Positions 1 through 8,486 of a DNA stretch of 64,000 bases are shown in pieces. The notes beneath the pieces are model-generated. The model was not told the origin of the DNA. It did no database searches and saw only the letters and a program-made list of their open reading frames with translations. Each line of letters starts with the position of its first letter. Position 1 is the first letter of the stretch. The translations under genes and the position numbers were made by a program. The DNA is from Mayamaea pseudoterrestris (taxonomy: Eukaryota), in NCBI GenBank assembly GCA_027923505.1, contig BROI01000007.1, positions 806,001 to 870,000 of the forward strand, written 5' to 3'.

Positions 1-587
1 ACTTATCAAGGTAAGCGAAGTGAAAGCTCGCATGTTACAGATTTGTGTGCATTCTCAAAAATTTTGCCATTGTCCAGCACGCCCGTTGTGGCGAAGGACT
101 TGGATTTCTCACGTATCCGGCGGCAGAAATTGGCGTTATTGCTAGTCCGGCGAGCGGATGGACAGCATCACTCAGCGGGCTCGTCGAAAACGAGACGCTG
201 GTGACTGGAACACACCAGCTCCTCTACGATGACGGTTTGGAGTGGGACGGCGGAACACCGTCCTGTGTTGAGGCGTCCTTTGTTGCAACCAGTGTTCTAA
301 AAACCATGGCAAATGTGCAGTCGCAACATGACTATGTGCAAAATATCAAAATCGCCTTCCTTGCTCGCGTTCGAACGTTGCTCTCTGATTCGCAAGTGGC
401 GGCGCTGTCGGATTCGAACACTATAGCCATTCCAGTCACCAAGATTGTTGAGAATCTTCCATTCGGACTGGATTACAAAATTGTGCATGGGGTGGCTTAT
501 CTACGAATCGGCTTTGGCGTTCACAATCTCGATTACCATTTGGATGCGCTAGTGGAATTGCTGGAAGCAACGGGCATGCTTTCTTAA
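1..587 (+). CDS. PLP-dependent aminotransferase class V-like protein (cysteine desulfurase/kynureninase fold), 3' part; intron 11-77
   Basis: Splicing GTAAGC(11)..CAG(77) gives LIK-HARCGEGLGFL, resembling the class V PLP-lysine motif (HKxxxGPxGxGFL). Downstream WDGGTP and C-terminal LRIGFGVHNxxxxxDALV also match this fold. The gene starts before the window. Confidence 0.6.
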
Positions 588-680
588 ATATAAACGTATG
601 CAATACATGAATGAATGATGCGAAGCATGATTGACTATTTATTTATACACGAGGACCATAGTTTGAGTTATGTTCTGCCG

Positions 681-3140
681 CTACAAGAAATCCATCCACT
701 CCTCAGCGTCGGCAGGCATCGCCCAAACCAACAGGTCGCGCGCGTCTTGTGTCCACTTTTTATAAATCTTTTTGGAAATGACTTGAACCTTTGCCAAACG
801 ACACTGCTGTGATTGAAATTTCTCGAATGCATCCTTCTTCAGATTATTGAAGACGACGGCGACAACAGCCTTGCCATTTGCGTACACAGTCGAAAAGTCG
901 GTTTGGTGCTCCTTGATTTTGCTTACCAATACAGACTTGAGCTTTAACACCACATTGATAATTTCGCCACGCTTGCCTCTTGTCTTTGGTGGGAGTATAT
1001 GATGATCGCTTGTGGACAAGCTTTCGGTCATTTCGGAGTGATTGCCCTTCGTCATGAACTTACGGTCGTAGACAAAAGCATGGGGCTTCCAGTCAATGTC
1101 GCGAAACGTCGTCGGCTCTTGAGCCAAGCACCACCCGATGATTAAATAATCTCTCTCGCCCATTGTCGGGAATGGCGCATCATCAATCGTAAGGTTGGAC
1201 TGCGAAGCAGCGGCAGATACAACTTTGTGCGGCACCACTGACAAAAACTCCAAGTCGACACCCTCTCGAGGAGGCATTGATGTTGCACCATCACTATTAA
1301 AAGGGTAATTGACTGCTGCACAATATACCATGAATAAGCAGAGTATCGTCACTGCAGCGACTAGAGCCAGTGCAATCAGTATCTTGCGAGTGCTGGCGAT
1401 GCGATCCGGCAAACCCAACGCGGCATTGGCCAGTGGATGCTTGTTTTCCAAACCATCAGCGACAAATGAGGCAATATTAGTAATGTTCCCATCCGAAGCT
1501 CCGTCCATGTCAAGGATAAAATCGCAGGGCGCCGTCGACCACTCTGGAAGCTCCACTGCCAGAGCTCCAACCACCGAGAAAGTACTTGACTCGCTTTCAT
1601 TTAGCTCCATGATTCGACCAACAAGCTCCTGTGGCGGCATTGCTTTCATGTAAACAAGCGCTTGTTGGACAATCTTCTCTGCGCTCTCCAAGTCATGCAA
1701 AGCACTTGCGACGACGTCCATGATCATCGACATTGACGTTCCATCATCTCGTTCGTCAACTCCATTCACCTTACTCAAGTCATCAAGCACCGTCATCATC
1801 TCCAGCACATCGTCACGGTAACCCGTCATGACAGCCATGCAGGCGTACGCGGAAAAGATAGGATGAGAGATCATGAATGCGTCCAGGAGACGAGCCGCCA
1901 CGGTCATATCCAGACCACTCAACCAGCTCCCATTCAACCAGTACTGGGCAAGTTGTATAGCAGCCATTTTACAGCGCCCACTAGTCTTGACGCGGTGATA
2001 AAGCTTGGGCTCAAATTGCTCCAGCAGAGAAAAAGCAATCGTCTTCGCAAGTTCTTGTTCTGTTTCAGCGCCACAAAGTGCATGGCGCAGTGACGACTTG
2101 GCCATCTGCTGCAAAACAACAGTCGACAACGAAAACGAGTCGAAATGAATCCAAAGTAGCGCCGCAATGTCAGGAAGACCTGGAGCGTAATAATATCGGT
2201 TCTGATGGTCTTCTGTGCCATAATACCAGCCGTCATTGTTCGTTGACTCGTACGTAGGCGGAGGAGTGGAGAGCAAGTGGTGGACGATCCTGTAGAGTAT
2301 CAACTGCTCCTCTGGCGAGGATGGCTTATGTTTCGTCGTCTGCAAAGTCTTTTGTAGAAGTGTATTCTCATCCGGCGAACCAAGGGGCCAATTATCTTCC
2401 AACGGCTTGACTAGTGTTTCCGTTTCCTCCGAGTTGCAGCGACTGTCATTGCCCAAGGAACTTGTAGTACTCGCCGGAGAAATGTCCATTCGCTCAGGAG
2501 ACGTCGAACTCTTAGCAATTGGACTCCTTGAAGAAATGCCATTGTCATTTTCGAAACGAACCATGCGAATGGGCGTCTTGTTGTCGGTGTGCACCTCCAG
2601 GTCGGGCGCCTCTTGAATCATTGGCTCGCGTCCACTGAGCAAAATGCGACGACATTCCTCCACGTTCCACGTAACATGCGCTACTCCTTCGCGCAAGGCT
2701 TTCATGCAAGCCTTGGAAGGATGCGCCTTGCCGTGAATGTCGTTGGATACAATCGCGTGGCGGCAGCTTGATAATTTCGGCCAAGCCAACTGGCGCAATT
2801 CGTGATTCAGCAAGCCTCCAGGCGTCAAGCAAAATTCTCGCAGCTTCCACAAGTCGACGCGGCCGTCTTGGTTTCCAAAGAGACAAGCTCGAATGGATTC
2901 CTCCTTGGAAATCAGTTGCTGCTGGCGCGCGAATGGATTCATTGCCATGCGATTCGTCGAAGCAGTCAACAGGATTGTCGGGATTGATAGCATGCTCGTC
3001 GCGAAACTCTCGAAAAGAATGGCAGCATAATTCTTGCCTCCTGCGTTTTCGTTCTCCATTCGTAGTTGCGAAATGCTTGTAGGAGTTGCGGTGGATGCCG
3101 CTGCAGTTTCAAAGCGCTGCGCCAGATCCATGGCCGTCAT
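681..3140 (-). CDS. Rab-GAP TBC-domain protein (TBC1D20/Gyp8-like), with TM helix; catalytic motifs degenerate
   Basis: 819-aa ORF. LREFCLTPGGLLNHELRQLAWPKL, YYYAPGLPDI (cf. YYQGxHDI) and ARLLDAFMISHPIF are TBC1D20-like motifs. Hydrophobic ILIALALVAAVTILCLFMVYCAAV forms the TM helix. Confidence 0.7.
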   Translation of the reverse strand: MTAMDLAQRFETAAASTATPTSISQLRMENENAGGKNYAAILFESFATSMLSIPTILLTASTNRMAMNPFARQQQLISKEESIRACLFGNQDGRVDLWKLREFCLTPGGLLNHELRQLAWPKLSSCRHAIVSNDIHGKAHPSKACMKALREGVAHVTWNVEECRRILLSGREPMIQEAPDLEVHTDNKTPIRMVRFENDNGISSRSPIAKSSTSPERMDISPASTTSSLGNDSRCNSEETETLVKPLEDNWPLGSPDENTLLQKTLQTTKHKPSSPEEQLILYRIVHHLLSTPPPTYESTNNDGWYYGTEDHQNRYYYAPGLPDIAALLWIHFDSFSLSTVVLQQMAKSSLRHALCGAETEQELAKTIAFSLLEQFEPKLYHRVKTSGRCKMAAIQLAQYWLNGSWLSGLDMTVAARLLDAFMISHPIFSAYACMAVMTGYRDDVLEMMTVLDDLSKVNGVDERDDGTSMSMIMDVVASALHDLESAEKIVQQALVYMKAMPPQELVGRIMELNESESSTFSVVGALAVELPEWSTAPCDFILDMDGASDGNITNIASFVADGLENKHPLANAALGLPDRIASTRKILIALALVAAVTILCLFMVYCAAVNYPFNSDGATSMPPREGVDLEFLSVVPHKVVSAAASQSNLTIDDAPFPTMGERDYLIIGWCLAQEPTTFRDIDWKPHAFVYDRKFMTKGNHSEMTESLSTSDHHILPPKTRGKRGEIINVVLKLKSVLVSKIKEHQTDFSTVYANGKAVVAVVFNNLKKDAFEKFQSQQCRLAKVQVISKKIYKKWTQDARDLLVWAMPADAEEWMDFL

Positions 3141-4458
3141 GGTTCCGATTCCGATGTGAATGTATTGCTTGCAGACGGGCTGTTACGACGCGAGCCAAAT
3201 TATCGCTGGCTATTCCACGCCCGCTTTACTACAATCAGTTGCGATTAAAGGTGAGTCTCTACCATGCAACTAGCGTGATGCGCCGTCACACGCAGCACGC
3301 AGCGAGGGGCGAGGACGGAGGAAAAAGATTGCGTTCCGTCCCCAACGATCGTCTAAATCAGTCGCATCTGACGCCAAACGGTACTCCACATATCGTACCG
3401 GTACTCAAGATTGCGTGCGGCGGAATGGCCGATGCTCTCACAGTCAGTCCCTTTCATTCGCAATAAAGTTGTCTTTTCACAGCAAACAAAAGCTCTAACA
3501 AGCCTTATATCGAATTGGGCATGTATTCCTGCCTTGGAAGTTTCGGAACTAGCCAGCTGCACCTTTGTGGTCGTTGGTTTTTGGAGCCGCAGTGGACGAG
3601 TCGAGTGTGTACAAAGTGTGGCCCTTGTCCTTGCTTTGCGATACGCTTATTCCTTCGTACGCAATAAACATCCGATCATGTCTTTGATATGTTGTATGTG
3701 AATACTTTACATGTCCTTGCAAGCATTGAAAATGCCCAACGGTGTTCAGCAGTGACCAAAATTACAACCTTGTTTTAAGTGGTTCATGGTTCATGCTATC
3801 GTTTTCATATCATTGGCTATGTTCCATGCAGCCGCCATTTATGCTTCTTTGGTCTTTGTTTTTGTCTTGGACGCAGTGGAAAGTAGTAGTATTGAAAGGG
3901 GTTTTCAAGCGGCAGCGGTTGAGCCAGTTACAGTGTCACGCTTTGGTTCGCGCCCACATTGGCTCGTTTACTACGACCAACTAGCCTGCGAGTATATAAT
4001 TGCGGCAAGCGGTTCTGATGGAGGCGCAGGAGAAACAGCCGGTGGCTTGGTTTCAAACAAGTGTTAAGTGCGGTTGGGGCCGTATGGAAAAAGGTGATTT
4101 TGGCAACTTTTCGGCTTTCCCTTGCAATCGCCTTGGCTCTTTCATAGCAACCAACCTGATTATCCTCCGTTATATACTTGAGGCAAGGCTCCTACATTGA
4201 CGAGTTCATTCGGGACATTCGGGACACCGCACATGTCTCATATTCGCAGCTGACGGCGCAGGAGTGGCGACACAATTTTGAAAAAGCTGCTGCGAATAGT
4301 TCATAACTCTGGGGCTATGTTGGAGTTCCTGTGCCGTGTACAGAGTTTTACGGATCATCGAGCATGGATGCGCCGGGGAGGATGGCGACTTTTAGTGCCG
4401 TCTACTCCATTGTCGTTTGCCTGTAAATGAAACAAATAGTGTGCAGCTTGAGTGGTAC

Positions 4459-5105
4459 ACTGCTCCCATTGCAGCGCCTTGACGTTTCGCTTTGCAACGA
4501 GGATGGTTCGAATATAACAATCGACACGCGTCCAATCCTTTTATATATAGCGGCAACGTTTCCTGGCATAATAGTGGTCCACTTGCTTGCCGCTTGATCC
4601 TAATCGAATATTCCGCAGGTTGGAGTGGAAAAGACTGCTCCCATTGCAGCGCCTTGACGTTTCGTTTGCAACCAGAATGGCTCAAATAACAATTAACAGC
4701 CGTCCATCCTTTTATATTTAAGCGGCATGGGTTGTTGGCGTTTAGAGTGGTCCAGCTGGCTGGCTTGCGTTGAAACGAATGTACTGGAGCCTCGACAAAT
4801 GCTCCATTGGAGCTCACAACCAGGATGGCTCAAATGTATCAATCAAGACCTGTTACATTCTGTTATATGTAAGCGGATTGATTTTTTAACGTTTAAAGTG
4901 AACCATCTAGTTAGCGCTTGCTTCTTGACGCCTTCACTGCACCTGGACTACTCCATTGGCATTGCTCCGTTGCGCGGCTCCAAACAAGTCGCGCGCAAAG
5001 GATGCTTAAACATTGCAACCAAGGCCTGCTTCATCCTTCTACGTGTACGCGGCATGGATTTCTGGTATTTACAGTGCTCGGTGTGGCTGGCGCTTGCTTG
5101 CAAAC
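4459..5105. repeat. Degenerate tandem repeat, about 4 units of ~160-175 bp
   Basis: An identical 31-mer ACTGCTCCCATTGCAGCGCCTTGACGTTTCG occurs at 4459 and 4634, and ATCCTTTTATAT at 4535 and 4706. Weaker copies of the GGATGGCTC/GCGGC/GCTTGC blocks occur at ~4800-4930 and ~4950-5105. Confidence 0.7.
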
Positions 5106-5548
5106 ATCTTTACTGCAGCCCTAGCGGCGACTTTCGCAATTGGCTTGTCTCGACCCACATGAGTCAGCAACTTCATTACAGCAAAATATTATAGTTACAC
5201 TATTGAAGAGCTAGTACTTTTTACGTCCTCTGACTCATCCCATTCTCGGTAACTACCTAGCACTTGCTCCCCACGCAACAATGACAGCATTGTCAATATG
5301 GTAGTGGACCAATCCAGTGGCATTGTCTACAGCTACAGTTAAGTCAGTATTATGTGCCATTTCTGCTCAAACTTCCTTTGAACCAACAGCAACACCAATG
5401 CGCCATCATACAAATAGTACTGGCAAATTTCCAGGATTCAGGGAACACACCAGCAAAAGCATACGCGCAATGTGTTGGAATTGAGAAGTTTGTATAAACA
5501 TCGCATTAGAAACAAGTAAATAGTAAATGGTCATTTTTGTCGATGTGG

Positions 5549-6700
5549 CTAGTTTTCGCTTTCCTGAATCGTCATTAATGGCTTCAAGTCCTCTTTCTCC
5601 TCGTATGTTTTTCTGAAGCGGATGTACTCCTCGACGTTGTCGCGGAAGGCGTATGTGGGGTACGTCTTCTTGACTGTTGCTATTTTTGTTGCATCCTCAC
5701 GTATCGTCACCTTGATTGTTTCCACCTTTAATCTTGCAACCCTTGCGGCGGCGGTCCTCTCCAACATGCAAGCGAACCGTGGTGCACCTTGCATCACGAA
5801 ATCACTTGGAATGCTTGCTGCCCGTGCAGGGCTTGCGCTTCTTGCTTGCTGTGCCTCCAGCTTGGAATTGGGCCTGGAATCGTACGTTGTCGGCATTTCA
5901 TAGGCTTTTGAATAGTCCGTCTTGACAGGCTCAACTGCAGTTCAAAGAATGACTGTTGTGAATGCCTTATCCGGACCGTTGGGATCCATTTGGATGCGCT
6001 TGTCTCGGCCCGCAAGGTCGCAACAATATTGCCAATTTAAAGCGGCACGCAAGGCCGTCCCGACACGAGGTTGAGAAACTTGCAAAACTTATGATCCAAT
6101 TCATGTTATTGCACTGTCCTGATGGTGAAGTATTGCCTAAATGCATTGGCTGGTAGATTCGAGAATGGAACATGACGAGTCCATCTTGCTCAATGGCGGG
6201 GCAGGTGCATTCCATGAACGTGACGGTCGATCCCCGCGGCTCGTCGAATGCGCGGTCATGAACACGCCAAAATGATGTTCATCCTTGCTTTTGAACTTGA
6301 CGACACATCCAAAGTTGCGACCGTGCTTTTCGAGATTGTTTAAAATGGTGTTGGGCACGTAAATGTTGCGCGAAAGCTTGCCTTGAGCGGTCAATTTCCA
6401 TCGATTTTCCGCCAATGGAAGGGCTTGCATTGTGGTTGATCCCACTTGCGGAAACTAGGCATTCGCTTGACCCCTTCCGGTGGTCCAGTCGCGGCAGAGC
6501 GCCTCGTACGCGGCGCATGGAGGCATGGTGAGTTTTGGGAGTTGTGTCGGGAGACTGTTGTGAAGGCTGTGGGTGCGACGAGGTTGACGATTGGCGATGT
6601 GCGTGCGTACGCGTCGGATTGGAACGACTTGTCGCGCTCGAACACATTCGCCTCGTAGCGGTAATCAAGTTCCGTCACGGTCACAGCATGCATGACCATG
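5549..6700 (-). pseudogene. 3' part of TE-disrupted host gene (frameshifted fragments)
   Basis: The reading frame VMHAVTVTELDYRYEANVFERD continues the 13532-13714 fragment once the Copia and a 4-bp duplication are removed. Downstream protein-like sequence jumps between frames (ORFs 6391-6711, 6137-6445, 5967-6215, 5549-5896). Confidence 0.55.
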
Positions 6701-7002
6701 AGTCGAAACAATTAAGGTTCAGGCCCTGCCAGTGTCCGTTTGTTTCGGTTGATCCTCATGGCTGGATATCTGTTAATATCCAGTATCTGTGAATACTCAA
6801 GTTACTTAAGCTACAGAAGCAAGCCGACGTTACCAACACGTCGGCAACGGTCCCCTTAAAGTAGCGGTAACCACTAAATCAAATCATTCTATTGCAAAGT
6901 ACACGCAATCCTCTCGTTCCCCTTCTTCTTACCAAGCTAGTAGACTGATCATCTCCTACTTGACCAAGTCCTCAAGGTAACTCGACACAAGTTGCATTGA
7001 TA
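6701..7002 (+). repeat. Copia 5' LTR (302 bp)
   Basis: Matches 13231-13531 with 6 substitutions and 1 indel. Ends are AGTCG...TGATA. Confidence 0.95.
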
Positions 7003-7017
7003 GGTTATTCGTCCCAA
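7003..7017 (+). promoter_or_regulatory. Primer-binding site, degenerate half-tRNA(iMet) type
   Basis: GGTTATTCGTCCCAA directly after the 5' LTR resembles the copia-type GGTTATGGGCCCA that pairs with the tRNAiMet anticodon arm. Confidence 0.65.
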
Positions 7018-7068
7018 TCACGCGCCCTACTGCCGCTACAAAATCTCGTTCTAGACCCCGAGAAAAGC

Positions 7069-8486
7069 ATGTCTACCGACAACAACGACACCGACACGGA
7101 GCAGTACTTCGACACTCCTCCTCCCAAACCCCAAGTTGGCTCTCCAACGTCTGCTGCAGCTGACCTTGCCACGCTCATTACAGCTCTCAAGTCGATTCCA
7201 TCCGACCAGCTTAAGATCCTCCTCCAAGCCGTCCAACCGACCGACGCGTCGTCGCCTGGAGACGCCTCTCCTCCCAAGGATGAAACCTCTATTCCAACGG
7301 CCAACGAATATGTTTCCCTCATTGGTGGTTACCTCGATGCCGAGCGCAAGATTGCCTTTTGTGGAGGCAAGCCGAATCTTGACTACACGCTCCCCCAAGT
7401 GCTCGAGGACGACCCGCTTGCCAAGCACATCCCCAAGACGCCAGCTTGCCACCGCGATCTCACCATGAAGCGTGCTGCTCAAGACTACGCCATTCGCATT
7501 GCTTTCAAGCCTTCAATTGGAAAGTTAGAGAACCCCAAGCGAAGACCACTGATACTCACACCTTCGCTATCTTCTTTATGCGCATCGCTCAAGCCAACGC
7601 TGATCTCTCATACGAGGCTGCCGACAAGATGAAGGCCGAGCTCCGTGCTTACAAATTGACCGACGTTTCCTTCCAAGACGTTCACCATTTTGGTGCCAAG
7701 TTCCTCAACACTGAGCGCCAGCTTCACAATGGCAAGCGCTGGGACCATTCCCTTGGATTAATCTTCATTAGAGAGCTTTCCAAGTGTCCTTCGGAGGTGA
7801 TGCGCGTTACGTTCATTGGCATTGGAGAACGGTACGACACTGCCCTTCGTGAAATCAATCCCCTCTCCTACGACGAGCAGCGCTCTCGCATGTTCAGTTT
7901 AAACGTTCATATCTCCCAGTTGGTTGAACGCGCTGACGACCTTTACGCTCAGATCAAAGCAGTTGATGGAGGATGGCCTCCGCTTGTCAATATTGTCGAC
8001 AAGAAAGCTCCCGATATCAACTCGTTGACGAAACTCAGCCACGCCGAGCAAGCTGCTCTCATCTCAAGCGGCCAAGTTGACATCAACAATCTCGTTCAAT
8101 CCAAGGTCAAAGAGCTCCGCACAAAGGACAAGAAGCAGTTGGAGGCGTACAAGAAGCGATTCGCCAAGCAGTCGCCAACTGGCGACACCAAGGCTCCAAA
8201 CACGACTCCTTCTGGCGATTCCACCAAGACCGCCGAAAAGCGAGCTGAACGCCCTTTACCAGCATGGCGCACAAAGCCGCCTGCTGCCAACAATAAAGAT
8301 GAAGTCAAGGAGGTTGGCAAGTACAAGTTCCAGTGGTGCGACAAGTGCTCCAAGTGGGTGTGGAATCATACGTCTGCAACGCACAAATCCAAGTCGCCCG
8401 AGGCAAACAACTTCATTCTTGCCGACTCCTCCAACGTGTTTGAAGAATTCACCGACTACGCTCCCTTCGCTGACAGTCAGGAATGA
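7069..8486 (+). pseudogene. gag: Copia gag, frameshifted near 7530-7560
   Basis: ATG at 7069 (MSTDNND...GGKPNLDY) is in one frame. The remainder (...WCDKCSKWVWNHTSATH, a CCHH-type knuckle) is in the 7446-8486 frame and ends at TGA. Confidence 0.8.

Noticed and set aside
4459..4664. CRISPR-like repeat-spacer array
   Set aside because: Only two exact 31-bp copies, the ~144-bp intervening sequences are themselves homologous, the context is eukaryotic, and there are no cas genes.
3742..5194. ORFs 3786-4067, 4392-4817 and 4727-5194 as genes (ankyrin or Helitron zinc-finger hints such as GWTA and CSHCSAL)
   Set aside because: The motifs are too short, and the repeat units differ by frame-breaking indels.
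7500..7632. Programmed -1 frameshift within gag
   Set aside because: There is no XXXYYYZ slippery site and the element has other lesions, so a mutation is more likely.
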